DNA of 37,663 bases from assembly GCA_964392445.1 (NCBI GenBank), contig CAYMPD010000010.1, positions 1 through 37,663 of the forward strand, given 5' to 3'. Within the stretch, counting starts at the first letter, position 1, and the number at the start of each line of letters is the position of its first letter. A program made the position numbers and the translations under genes. Source of the stretch: an uncultured archaeon (lineage in GTDB: Archaea > Aenigmatarchaeota > Aenigmatarchaeia > CG10238-14). This document shows positions 8,756-18,754 of the stretch, piece after piece. The notes under the pieces were generated by a model. That model worked only from the letters and a program-made list of their open reading frames with translations. It ran no database searches and was not told where the DNA came from.

Positions 8756-9895
8756 ATGTCAAGTATATTGCCATTCTTTATCGTAATAACAGCAGGGTTA
8801 GTATTCTCGGAAATATTTAAAAGATTACACCTACCCTATGTAACCGCATTAATAATAGCTGGATTGCTAATAGGTCCATATGGATTAAATCTAGTTCAAT
8901 TGGATGACACAATCAATTTCATAGGAGCTATTGGTATAGTTTTCTTGATGTTTATTGCCGGAAGCGAAATAAAATTGGAAAGCCTCAAAGAAACAGGTAG
9001 AGAAGTGGTCCTCTTATCTATATTGAATGGTTTACTTCCCTTCCTAATAGGTCTTGGTATTGGATTCTTCTACAATTACGGAATAATGACTTCTTTAATT
9101 CTGGGAACCGTATTCATCTCTTCTTCTGTTGGAGTAGTAATACCGACATTGGAATCGAGTGGGTTAATTGACAAAAAAATTGGTAAAACCATAGTATCTG
9201 CTACAATATTCGAAGATATAGTAAGCTTGATTTTACTTGCATTAATACTACAAAGTTTTACTCAGAAAACACCAGTTCCTCTTCCTTTATATGTCCCATT
9301 AATATTCTTCATCTTGGTAGCACTAAAAGTAATTGTAACAAAATTGGAAGATTGGTATCTTGAAAAAAAAGGTAGGGATTTGTATGAAGGGAAATTGAGG
9401 TTTGTTTTTGTTGTATTACTCGCCACAGTGGCTTTGTTTGAATTTATTGGTATGCACTCGATAGTCGCAGGATTTATAATAGGTATTTTACTTGGGGATT
9501 CGATTGAAGGTAAGGTCGAACATAAAATAAGAACGATTAGTTATGGGTTGTTTATTCCCACTTTCTTTTTGGTTATAGGTATGAGGACAGACTTATCAGT
9601 ATTCAGCTCTATCACTTCAACTAATCTAATAATTACTGTTGTACTAGGATTGATATTATCGAAGATACTTAGTGGGTTGATCGTAGGTAATATACTGAAA
9701 TACTCCAAGAAAAAAAGTTTCCTTATAGGTTTTTCTACTATACCTCAGTTATCAACTACTTTAGCCGTGAGCTTTAGCGCCCTTGAATTGGAACTTATAA
9801 GCCAAGAAGTGGTAACATCACTCGTTATCCTATCTATTGTAACTACATTCACCGCTCCATTAATGGTTAAGAAACTTTCTTCGAGAATTAAATAG
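8756..9895 (+). CDS. Cation:proton antiporter, CPA2 family
   Basis: About 12 TM segments; AGLLIGP, FLMFIAGSE, ISSSVGVV, IFEDIVS, PTFFLVIG. Confidence 0.88.
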   Translation: MSSILPFFIVITAGLVFSEIFKRLHLPYVTALIIAGLLIGPYGLNLVQLDDTINFIGAIGIVFLMFIAGSEIKLESLKETGREVVLLSILNGLLPFLIGLGIGFFYNYGIMTSLILGTVFISSSVGVVIPTLESSGLIDKKIGKTIVSATIFEDIVSLILLALILQSFTQKTPVPLPLYVPLIFFILVALKVIVTKLEDWYLEKKGRDLYEGKLRFVFVVLLATVALFEFIGMHSIVAGFIIGILLGDSIEGKVEHKIRTISYGLFIPTFFLVIGMRTDLSVFSSITSTNLIITVVLGLILSKILSGLIVGNILKYSKKKSFLIGFSTIPQLSTTLAVSFSALELELISQEVVTSLVILSIVTTFTAPLMVKKLSSRIK

Positions 9896-9914
9896 GTATT
9901 TCTTCACATTGCTA

Positions 9915-11150
9915 TTATTCAACTATTATCTCCTCAACTGCATAAGTACTGGTGTGATTATCATCTATCCTAAAGTAACTATCTACACCTTTAACTTCTT
10001 CCCCCGGTTGAGTAGTATTTGAAAAGTAAAGATAATCAATATTTGTTTTCCCAGTATCCACGCTCAATTGATGAGCAATAAAATTAGTTTTATTAACAAA
10101 ACTCTCCAGTCCGATTTCATTAGTAGTCTGGGAAGAATATTTACTCTGTATGCCTAATTTACCTTCCAATCTATCAAGAAAACTTGGTCCCTCAGAACTG
10201 GAATAATAATAACCTTCAACAACATGATCAACAAAATTCTCAATGAACCAAACCTTACCATTATCGCCGTCAACTAAAACATATGTATTGTTTGGAACCA
10301 CAGTAAGATTAATCCCATAAACATAAGGAACATTAGTAGTATTCTCTGGTTCAAGTTCAGAAGCCACCCCCAGATATTCATTAAGAATCCAACTATCAAC
10401 TTGAGTAGGATCATTCATTACCAAAGCCCGACTAGATTTATTAGGATAACTAACAGCAGAAGAACTATCACCCTTAAATGTAATACCCCTCACCCAATCA
10501 TTATCCCCTGACCCAGAATCAAGCAACTGAGTAAAATTACCTTCATAAGGACTCTCGTCAATTTTCCTAGTTATCATTCCATTAGTGTTCAAAGGATAAA
10601 GCGCATCCTCAAAGCCAGAAACTGAAACTACTTGACTAGCGGTATAATTTCTAACAATAGAAGCAACATTATTTTTATCAGTTATGTTAATAGTTAAATC
10701 AGATTCTACCAGAAGATTAAAACTATCATAAGCCTTAACTTCAAGATCCCTAAAATCAATGCTCAAATAATAACCTTTCAAATCTCCAATATCCTCCATA
10801 TTCCCCGACCAATCGGGTATAGTTGAATTCTCCATCATCTCTTCTTCTGTCCCGTTAAATGTTCCGTTCATCATTAACTCTTCTATAACCTCGTCAGCAT
10901 TAGTTAAAGCTACCCCATCCCCAATTACATTACTTGTTGAAATTGATATTGCCCTTTTAGCGATTATATCCAAAGTTTTCCCAGCATCCCGAATTATATT
11001 GTCGTAGAGATCATTCATGTCTTTGATTCTGTTCTTGACGTAATACTCTTCTCTCTTGTGAAATATTATCCCTCTCTGGACAAGAATTATCTGGACTATT
11101 GTTAAGGTTGCTAGTACCATTATCAGACTGAACATCATTGCTTTTCTCAC
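9915..11150 (-). CDS. Secreted pilus-associated protein with a class III-like signal peptide
   Basis: GTG start, MRKA|MMFSLIMVLATLTIVQII hydrophobic N-terminus, Asn/Thr/acid-rich extracellular body; co-oriented with the minor pilin operon. Confidence 0.65.
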   Translation of the reverse strand: MRKAMMFSLIMVLATLTIVQIILVQRGIIFHKREEYYVKNRIKDMNDLYDNIIRDAGKTLDIIAKRAISISTSNVIGDGVALTNADEVIEELMMNGTFNGTEEEMMENSTIPDWSGNMEDIGDLKGYYLSIDFRDLEVKAYDSFNLLVESDLTINITDKNNVASIVRNYTASQVVSVSGFEDALYPLNTNGMITRKIDESPYEGNFTQLLDSGSGDNDWVRGITFKGDSSSAVSYPNKSSRALVMNDPTQVDSWILNEYLGVASELEPENTTNVPYVYGINLTVVPNNTYVLVDGDNGKVWFIENFVDHVVEGYYYSSSEGPSFLDRLEGKLGIQSKYSSQTTNEIGLESFVNKTNFIAHQLSVDTGKTNIDYLYFSNTTQPGEEVKGVDSYFRIDDNHTSTYAVEEIIVE

Positions 11151-11234
11151 AAAAATGACCTGAATTAGTTTTGGTGTTTAGGTGTAATAAAAGTTGTGAT
11201 GAGGTATTTAACTTTAATTGGTAAATAGTTAGAT

Positions 11235-11393
11235 ATGGATTCCATGGATGAATTTGACCAAATGCATGGTCTTGAAGATGTGGAAAAGAATGATATTATG
11301 TCCTTTGCTGGAGCTTGGTCTATGAGTGATTCAGACACAGATAAAATCAAGAAAAATCTAAGAGAGATGTGGAAAAAAAAGGTAAACCAATAG
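11235..11393 (+). CDS. VapB-like antitoxin (52 aa, possibly degenerate)
   Basis: MDSMDEFDQMHGLEDVEKNDIMSFAGAWSMSDSDTDKIKKNLREMWKKKVNQ; IMSFAGAW...LREMW resembles archaeal antitoxin C-termini. Not in the ORF track. Confidence 0.5.
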   Translation: MDSMDEFDQMHGLEDVEKNDIMSFAGAWSMSDSDTDKIKKNLREMWKKKVNQ

Positions 11394-11500
11394 ATATAAG
11401 GGATTTGTTCATCGGGCCTATTTGTTTGGTTAATTCTTTCAATCTACTTACGGAAAATAAAAAACATTTTAAGAATATAGAAGGATTAGAATTTTTATGA
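11381..11500 (+). pseudogene. C-terminal fragment of a VapC/PIN toxin
   Basis: GKPIDIRDLFIGPICLVNSFNLLTENKKHFKNIEGLEFL* matches the PIN C-terminal pattern D-x-x-I...L-x-T-x-N-x-K-H-F...GL. There is no start codon and no N-terminal half. Confidence 0.7.
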
Positions 11501-11535
11501 AAACCAACTCTCAGTTCTATTTATAAGTCTAAAAT

Positions 11536-12468
11536 CTAATCAACATAAAACCAAAAATCACCAATATAGTAAATGTCCTTTGTCATGTAGATGTAAAATC
11601 CAAGATAAGACCAGTCAACCGTTTCTGGAATATCTCCTTTAACATACAAAGGAAAACTAACAACTCTTTCTACTCCCCCACTTGAAGTACTAATGTCTTC
11701 AATAACATAATCTCCAAGCTCAAAGTAATCTGCCATTGGACCATAAGCTTTAACAACCTTTACACTACCCTCTAAATTGGATAAATCTTTAGCAAATAAT
11801 CTAAATATACCAACATAATCGCTCATCTCATAAGTCTCGTCAAAACCGATTCCCTCGTAAAAACTCGTATTTATAGTAGTGTTTGTTTTTTCCAAAATCA
11901 CATAATAAGGAAGAATATCTTTTACAAAACATGAAGATGAATCATCAAATTTATCAGCACTTATATCGGTTTTACCAGAACAAATACCAAAAACATCAAG
12001 AGTCAAAATCCTAGTTCCTTCTGGGGCTTCTTCCCTTATTGGATAACCTATACCTGCCCCACTTGACTCTGAACCCGATTCTCCCCCTACTGCTCCGGGT
12101 GATGGAATTGACTCTAACTCTTGTCGAGGTGTTTTTTCTTCGGGTTGTGTTACGACTTCACCCCTACTTGAAAATATTTCTGTTAATTTTGGTTTAGAAA
12201 CCACTAAATCTATTCTTTCACAGCCAGCAACTCCAGTACTAAGTGTAAATTCATGTCTTAAACTTCTCCTTGTATCTAATAAAGTTTTACCAGAAGGTTG
12301 ACAAACCACTATTATATGGACTTGTGCAAAGACGAAAAAACCTAGCCAAAATCCCACAAATAGACCCAGAGAAAATATCGTGAATAAATAAGGATTCTTG
12401 AAAGTTAACCAATCTGGTTTCTCGAATTTTGATTTCTTTGATTTCTTTTTTGACTTTTTCTTTTTCAT
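11536..12468 (-). CDS. Membrane-anchored hypothetical protein in the pilus locus
   Basis: Lys-rich N-tail, a single TM, Ser/Gly-rich linker and paired cysteines. Confidence 0.65.
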   Translation of the reverse strand: MKKKKSKKKSKKSKFEKPDWLTFKNPYLFTIFSLGLFVGFWLGFFVFAQVHIIVVCQPSGKTLLDTRRSLRHEFTLSTGVAGCERIDLVVSKPKLTEIFSSRGEVVTQPEEKTPRQELESIPSPGAVGGESGSESSGAGIGYPIREEAPEGTRILTLDVFGICSGKTDISADKFDDSSSCFVKDILPYYVILEKTNTTINTSFYEGIGFDETYEMSDYVGIFRLFAKDLSNLEGSVKVVKAYGPMADYFELGDYVIEDISTSSGGVERVVSFPLYVKGDIPETVDWSYLGFYIYMTKDIYYIGDFWFYVD

Positions 12469-12519
12469 ATAATATAATTATTGGTATCGTTGGAATAAAA
12501 TTGTATTGTCCTAAATGTA

Positions 12520-15156
12520 TCACTTTTCCCATACAACTACTTTGACCAAACTAGGTCCCCATAACCATTTAATACCGACCAAAGTCTGGTTTTCAACCGC
12601 TATATCATCCTCAGTAATGTTAACATAATCTTCAACCTCTTCAACCAATCTTTGAATAGCATCATCTATAGCAAGCTCAGAGGTGTTGAAAACCTCACCA
12701 TACCCAACTGAACCTTTAACTCTTCCTGTGTAAATAACTCTACTATCTGGAGAACCACCCGTAGCATTTTGGGGTGATAATCCAGTACCAATCCTCACAG
12801 AATTATTTCCAGTGCTAATCATATCAACAGGGATTTGAACAATATAAGGATCACCCAAACTTGTGTAATCATTTCCATAATCCCCAAGCCAATAAATTCT
12901 TGTCCAGTTAGTGGCGGTTCTATTTTTCAGGTACAATCTATCAGTCCAATAATCAGAAGAATAAGACGTTATCTTGGCGTCAATAATTTTTATTTCATCA
13001 GAAACATTAAACCAACCTTCTTTGTAAGGTAAATCTATATCATCACCACTTAAATCTCCTAATCTATCTGTCTCTCTTGTAAAAGATATCTCCCCATAAT
13101 CATAGGGGATCAATAGTGGCGTATAATTAAAATCTATATAAGAATCCTGGTATAACTGATTATCAGTAGTTACTTCCCCTGTGATGTTTATCGTCTGAGT
13201 TTGATATGTTATCTCCACTATCTCTTCTGCAATTCCTTGGTATATTTCTTGAAGTTCAGTAGCATTATCGCTCGCATAATAAGAACCATCACCACAACTC
13301 GCTATTTCCTGAAGAGTTTGATTTCCTGTTGGACAATCAGCAACAGGTCCAAAACCAATCGAATGAATAGTAGCATTAATATCATCATGGGTATTACAAG
13401 AATCCTGTATGGCATCATTTGAAGCTTGTTCAGATACCCAATCATCACATTCGTATTCAAGACAGTCGTATCTCCCATAACATTTACAATACCACTCATA
13501 AGGGCATCTATAATTAATACAACCCACAGTATCGTCCTCATTATTAGGATCGCATTGTACATTAGCTAAACCATCTGTCATTAATACGATAAACTTCTGC
13601 TTGGAAAGATCACCTTGATTCTCTAATATAGTTTTGGACTTCCTTATTGCACCACAAATACCAGTAGCACCACTTGGAGTATATTCCTCTTCTATTTGAC
13701 CCTTTAGACTATTCTCATCCGTGCTTAAGTCGTGATAGTTCCTGATAGTATGACTATCACTGGTACACATATAATTAGGTAAACCGCTATAACCCACTAG
13801 ACCTACCCTGTTCCCTGAAGTATTCAAGATCGTCCTAACAAAATCTTTTGCTAAACATTTAGCAAGACTTATCCTCTTTGTACTAGGATCATACAAATCA
13901 GGATCATCACAATCTCTTTCAACACCTGTACTCCCACTATCTAACCTCCAATTCATTGAACCAGATAAATCAGTCACCAAAATCACATCAGCATTCCCTT
14001 CTCCAGTTACAACAGAAGTTAAAGCATCTGTCCCCAACCTTATTGGAATAGTCTTCCCACTCAAGTTTCCGTAATTCAACAACCCGGAAAGAGTCTCATT
14101 GGTTATATCAACCTCCCGTTCCCCAGTCTCGTTACTTTCAAATACATCAGCATCCCCAATAGTGAGATAAGTTGTATAATTATTTCTGTAATGAAGATGA
14201 ACAGACATATCAGTTAGATTACCGGGAACATAAAAAGAGGAATAAAGATTGATAAATCCATGAATTCCCGGGAAAAAATATCTGTCCGTGCCTATCTCAC
14301 CATCAGAAGCTAACTCAGAAGTTTCATAGGTAATTTTTAAATAACCACCACCAATATAAGCCCTTTCCCCTGTGAAATTGAAAGTCAATGTATTGTCCCC
14401 CTGCTGGAAATATTGATGGTAAGAAGGATCTAAATACCATTTATCTGCGGTCATGTTTCCTCCCCCGCCAGAACCTTTCAAATAGTCTCCAGCGAAATTG
14501 TCATTAATATAAAGATTAAAGTCGTCTCCAACATCCATTTCCATGTAAACTTCCTGTATTTCGTTAAATGAAAGAGATATATTTCTAGTAATATTACCAT
14601 CACCGACATATCCACCAAAGTAGATGTAGGAATTAGTAGTTCTGCTAGTAATACTTGAAAGAAAAGCTCTAGAAGTATATCCATCAGAAGGACGCCCTAT
14701 CTCATAACCGGTTTCTATTTTTGTAGAGACAGAATAATCTTTTTCACTTGATTTATTGCAAGATTGATACAAAGTTTCATTAGATACAGATATCTCCAAA
14801 CAAATATCAGAAGAAATATTTTGTAAAACATCTTCAAGTACCTGCCCCGCCAGTGTTTCATTGCCTGAATAAAATAAACTTGTAGAGATGTCTAGGACGC
14901 TTTTTTCTAAGTCTTCATCTTTTAGTTCTCCTTGAGAGATTAATTGCTGTATTGTCGGCGTGTTTTGAACTTCATTAACTCTAAGACTGGAAAGAATATT
15001 GATTACATCCTCAGACTGGTAATTAAGTTTCTGATATCTCTGATCTTTGTAATTCAAATCAGATTGAAAAAAATTAAAAGTTAATATTATAGATATCACT
15101 AGAATTAAGCCAATGAAAGTGTCCATTGTAAATACAAATCCTTTTTTCATTGCCAC
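12520..15156 (-). CDS. vWA-domain pilus-associated adhesin with a class III-like signal peptide (878 aa)
   Basis: MKKG|FVFTMD N-terminus plus TM; MIDAS motifs DLSGS, TPSGAT and LMTDG; IHSIGFG; Cys-rich inserts. Confidence 0.85.
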   Translation of the reverse strand: MAMKKGFVFTMDTFIGLILVISIILTFNFFQSDLNYKDQRYQKLNYQSEDVINILSSLRVNEVQNTPTIQQLISQGELKDEDLEKSVLDISTSLFYSGNETLAGQVLEDVLQNISSDICLEISVSNETLYQSCNKSSEKDYSVSTKIETGYEIGRPSDGYTSRAFLSSITSRTTNSYIYFGGYVGDGNITRNISLSFNEIQEVYMEMDVGDDFNLYINDNFAGDYLKGSGGGGNMTADKWYLDPSYHQYFQQGDNTLTFNFTGERAYIGGGYLKITYETSELASDGEIGTDRYFFPGIHGFINLYSSFYVPGNLTDMSVHLHYRNNYTTYLTIGDADVFESNETGEREVDITNETLSGLLNYGNLSGKTIPIRLGTDALTSVVTGEGNADVILVTDLSGSMNWRLDSGSTGVERDCDDPDLYDPSTKRISLAKCLAKDFVRTILNTSGNRVGLVGYSGLPNYMCTSDSHTIRNYHDLSTDENSLKGQIEEEYTPSGATGICGAIRKSKTILENQGDLSKQKFIVLMTDGLANVQCDPNNEDDTVGCINYRCPYEWYCKCYGRYDCLEYECDDWVSEQASNDAIQDSCNTHDDINATIHSIGFGPVADCPTGNQTLQEIASCGDGSYYASDNATELQEIYQGIAEEIVEITYQTQTINITGEVTTDNQLYQDSYIDFNYTPLLIPYDYGEISFTRETDRLGDLSGDDIDLPYKEGWFNVSDEIKIIDAKITSYSSDYWTDRLYLKNRTATNWTRIYWLGDYGNDYTSLGDPYIVQIPVDMISTGNNSVRIGTGLSPQNATGGSPDSRVIYTGRVKGSVGYGEVFNTSELAIDDAIQRLVEEVEDYVNITEDDIAVENQTLVGIKWLWGPSLVKVVVWEK

Positions 15157-15629
15157 ACCAAAGTATCAATAAAAACAATAGTACTATTCAATATCCCTAA
15201 TCTCTGATTTTTAGAGACGAATTCCGAATCAGTGGGATAAATCCCAAAACTGAAAGTTGTGTTATTATCTGAATCATAAATCCTCAGGTAAAAATCATAA
15301 AAACCCAGTCCACCAATTCTTTTAACTTCCTCATAACCTATATCATCCAAATAATCAATCTTAGTTTGATTTAACCTGGAGTTAGTCATTAATCCTAAGT
15401 CAACTACATTTGAGGGCTCCCAATTTTCTGGAACACCTCCCCTCATCCAAACTTCAGATAATTGATCAGATGTCTTGCTTATTTGTCTTATTTTCTGGAA
15501 ATCACTAACTTGAATGTTAGAGTATCTGAAAAGTTGGAATATAAGTAAAACAATTAAAAGAAAGATTGTAGATGCTATGAAAAAATCATAAGATATACTT
15601 TGACCTTTAGTTGACATATATAACACCAT
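15147..15629 (-). CDS. Minor pilin-like protein
   Basis: MSTKG|QSISYDF class III signal followed by a hydrophobic helix. Confidence 0.75.
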   Translation of the reverse strand: MVLYMSTKGQSISYDFFIASTIFLLIVLLIFQLFRYSNIQVSDFQKIRQISKTSDQLSEVWMRGGVPENWEPSNVVDLGLMTNSRLNQTKIDYLDDIGYEEVKRIGGLGFYDFYLRIYDSDNNTTFSFGIYPTDSEFVSKNQRLGILNSTIVFIDTLVWQ

Positions 15630-15993
15630 CCATATTTCTTATCGTATTCCAACCTTTACTAATACTGCCATTTACGGATTGAGTGATTATTCTCGAGGAT
15701 TTTGAATTATCTCCCCAATCTAAGGAAACACTATAATTGCTCACATAAAAACTATAATTTGAAAATCCATCAATTGCCTTTTCCAAATAAAATTCTCTCT
15801 TATACCCCTTTCCCGCGGTGACTGCAGAATTAATTTCAAAACATACTTTATCAAGAAGATTCTCAGCATCGATTTCAGCTTTAATTTTAATGAGTTTTCT
15901 GCTATTTGTGAAGTGATTGAGCATGAAAAAACTTCCAATTAACAAAACAAATCCAAGGTATACCAAAAATTCAATACTTATTTGTCCTTTCAT
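15607..15993 (-). CDS. Minor pilin, EppA-type class III signal
   Basis: MKG|QISIEF (Q+1, E+5) followed by a hydrophobic helix. Confidence 0.85.
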   Translation of the reverse strand: MKGQISIEFLVYLGFVLLIGSFFMLNHFTNSRKLIKIKAEIDAENLLDKVCFEINSAVTAGKGYKREFYLEKAIDGFSNYSFYVSNYSVSLDWGDNSKSSRIITQSVNGSISKGWNTIRNMDGVIYVN

Positions 15994-16397
15994 TAAACCA
16001 CACTTATATCAACATAGCCTTCATCTGCCGTCAAAGAAATGTAATAGTTCCCCGCCCTTGTGGGGATGGATCCTACTAATTGAGGGATAGTTTGGTAGAA
16101 TATATCATTGACTCCTGAACTAGTCTTAACCTTGAAAAGTAGCGTTTTATTGGAAAAAGATATTTCCTCGATCCCCTTGGGTATATAAATCTCTATCTGC
16201 ATCTTAGCTGGTGGACCCTGACTAAAAACTAAATCTGAAGTTTCCCCTATCTTATAAACGGTATTTTTAGCCAAAGAAATCTTATTTTCGTCCACATATT
16301 CATTATAAGTCCTCAGTAAAAAATTACTACTCAAAAGAATAAGTAATATACCTATACCTGTTATTATCATATATTCTATTGAAACCTGTGCCTTCAT
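15993..16397 (-). CDS. Minor pilin, EppA-type class III signal
   Basis: MKA|QVSIEY (Q+1, E+5); first gene of the minus-strand pilin operon. Confidence 0.85.
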   Translation of the reverse strand: MKAQVSIEYMIITGIGILLILLSSNFLLRTYNEYVDENKISLAKNTVYKIGETSDLVFSQGPPAKMQIEIYIPKGIEEISFSNKTLLFKVKTSSGVNDIFYQTIPQLVGSIPTRAGNYYISLTADEGYVDISVV

Positions 16398-16466
16398 TTT
16401 ATCTAAAAGTAATTTATTATTGTAAGAATTAATTAATTATATAAGATAATTTGATATGTGATATGA

Positions 16467-17234
16467 ATGATGCTCAATTTTCTAAAAAATAAGAAGAAGA
16501 AACGGAAAAAAATAGATAAAGAGAAAAGAGAGAATAAGAAAAAATTGATAAAGAAACTAGTAAATTCCAAAAGTTTCTCTACAGTAAATATCAAAACATC
16601 TGTAAAAGAAGTCATGTCCACTGACGTTAAAACTCTGAAACCTAAGGACAATATTGGTTATGCACTGGAATTATTCTCTGAATATTCCATAGCTGGTGCA
16701 CCTGTAATTGAGAAAAAAAAGTTATCTGGACTAGTCACACAAAAAGATATAATAAAATTAATGAATAAAAGGAAGCTTTTTGATGCCGATAAGGATGAAA
16801 TTAAGGTTGAAGAACTCCAAAAAATAAAAATCAAAGATATAATGAACAAGGATTATCTTCAGATAAATCAAAACGAAAAATTAACAGATGCCATAGAAAT
16901 GATGGCCAAAAACCATGTGGATAAATTGATCGTAATCGATAAAAAAAAGGATTTGAAAGGTGTGATAACACTTGAAGATGTAATGACTGGATTGAGTGCA
17001 GAATTCTTTGTAGATTCTATAGAAAAGGCTACTGATAAGGTTATTGAAAGTGAAATCGATAAATTGTTAGAAATAATAGAAAAGAGAAAGAAAATTAGTA
17101 TTGACGATTTAGTAAAAGAGCTGGATCTTAAAAAGAAGCATTTGGAAAACTTATCAAAAATTCTAGAAAAAAGAAACTTAGTTGAAATAGAATATGGGAT
17201 AATCGGTTCCCCGGTAGTTAAGGTGAAGTCATGA
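16467..17234 (+). CDS. Tandem CBS-domain protein with a C-terminal winged-helix-like domain
   Basis: VKEVMS...GAPV...LSGLVTQKDI and IKDIMN...KLIV...LKGVITLEDV form a Bateman pair; C-terminal ISIDDLVKELDL...LSKILEKRNLVEIEY; ATGA overlap with the ATPase gene. Confidence 0.85.
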   Translation: MMLNFLKNKKKKRKKIDKEKRENKKKLIKKLVNSKSFSTVNIKTSVKEVMSTDVKTLKPKDNIGYALELFSEYSIAGAPVIEKKKLSGLVTQKDIIKLMNKRKLFDADKDEIKVEELQKIKIKDIMNKDYLQINQNEKLTDAIEMMAKNHVDKLIVIDKKKDLKGVITLEDVMTGLSAEFFVDSIEKATDKVIESEIDKLLEIIEKRKKISIDDLVKELDLKKKHLENLSKILEKRNLVEIEYGIIGSPVVKVKS

Positions 17235-18754
17235 CTAAAAATAAATCTTTAGATGAATATGAGGTCACTGCAGACAAAGTAATCGGTAAAGTTAAAATTG
17301 AAGAGGATTCAAATGAGTTTGTTCCAATATATAAAATGAAAATACCTGAAATAGAAAGAGGAACCTCAATCCTATTAGAACAGATAAAAGAAGAGATAAT
17401 ATCAGAGATAAAAATAAGCGTGTCCGAGTTATTGGATCCAAAAAAAATAAAAGAAGTTAAGAAAAAATTCTATCTGAAATCCATAGAAATGATGGATAAG
17501 CAAATACCAAACCTCCCAAGTAATAAAAAACAATTTCTTGCCGGACTACTAGTTCACGAAATGATTGGTCTTGGAAAAATTGAAATGTTAATAGGGGACG
17601 GAAACTTAGAAGAGATAGTAATAAACAATTCAAAAGATCCTTGTTGGGTTTATCATAAGAAATTTGGTTGGTTAAAAACTAATATAAAACTCGAAACAGA
17701 AGCAAAAATAGAAAATTACGCGTCATCAATCGGGAGGAGAATCGGCAAACAAATAAGCACATTAAATCCTTTATTAGACGCTCATCTAATCACGGGAGAT
17801 AGAGTTAACGCTACACTATTTCCAATATCAACAAAGGGTAACACAATAACAATAAGACTGTTTAGAAGAAACCCATGGACGATTACAGATTTGATCGACA
17901 ACAAGACTGTTGACATTGGAAGAGCAGCACTTATCTGGTTAGGAATGCAATACGAAATGAATATATTAATCTCAGGAGGCACAGGAAGTGGGAAAACAAG
18001 TTTCATGAACGCAATAATACCCTTTGTCCCTCCAAATCAAAGAATAATCAGTATTGAAGATACAAGAGAAATAGTTCTACCAGAGTTCTTACACTGGGTA
18101 CCACTAACAACTAGAGAACCAAATCCTGAGGGAAAAGGAGAGGTAGACATGTTAAATCTTCTAATCAATAGTCTAAGGATGAGGCCAGATAGGATAGTCG
18201 TAGGTGAGATAAGAAGAGAAAAGCAAGCTCAGGTTCTATTCGAAGCAATGCATACAGGTCACAGTGTTTATGCTACTCTCCACGCAGATACAGCAGACGA
18301 AACCCGAAGACGTTTAATAAATCCGCCAATAAATGTTCCTGAAACCCTTGTAGAGGCAATAAATCTAATAGTGGTCATGTACAGGGACAGAAGATCGGGA
18401 ATAAGGAGAGTATATGAAATCGCTGAATTTTCGAGAAAAAAGAATAAAACAGGAATTGAAATAATTTCAAAGTGGGATCCTAAAAAAGATAAAACTAAAA
18501 ATGTTGCTAAAAAAATGCAATTCATAGAAAAAATTAAAATGTTCACAGGATTTTCAAAGACAGAAATTGATAAAGACTTGTCTGAAAAGGAGAAAATCCT
18601 AAAATGGTTTGTTAAAAATAAAGTGAACACTGTTAATGCTGTTGGTAAAATAGTAGCAGATTATTATAGCGATTCTGATAGAGTACTAAAAGTAGTGAAA
18701 AAAAATAAGAAACCAACAAATTTAGTCCCAAAAGAATGGTTGAAGGTTGTTTGA
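17231..18754 (+). CDS. Type IV pilus/secretion ATPase (CpaF/TadA/VirB11 family)
   Basis: Walker A GGTGSGKT, ISIEDTRE, LRMRPDRIVVGEIR, His box TGH...TLHA. Confidence 0.93.
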   Translation: MTKNKSLDEYEVTADKVIGKVKIEEDSNEFVPIYKMKIPEIERGTSILLEQIKEEIISEIKISVSELLDPKKIKEVKKKFYLKSIEMMDKQIPNLPSNKKQFLAGLLVHEMIGLGKIEMLIGDGNLEEIVINNSKDPCWVYHKKFGWLKTNIKLETEAKIENYASSIGRRIGKQISTLNPLLDAHLITGDRVNATLFPISTKGNTITIRLFRRNPWTITDLIDNKTVDIGRAALIWLGMQYEMNILISGGTGSGKTSFMNAIIPFVPPNQRIISIEDTREIVLPEFLHWVPLTTREPNPEGKGEVDMLNLLINSLRMRPDRIVVGEIRREKQAQVLFEAMHTGHSVYATLHADTADETRRRLINPPINVPETLVEAINLIVVMYRDRRSGIRRVYEIAEFSRKKNKTGIEIISKWDPKKDKTKNVAKKMQFIEKIKMFTGFSKTEIDKDLSEKEKILKWFVKNKVNTVNAVGKIVADYYSDSDRVLKVVKKNKKPTNLVPKEWLKVV

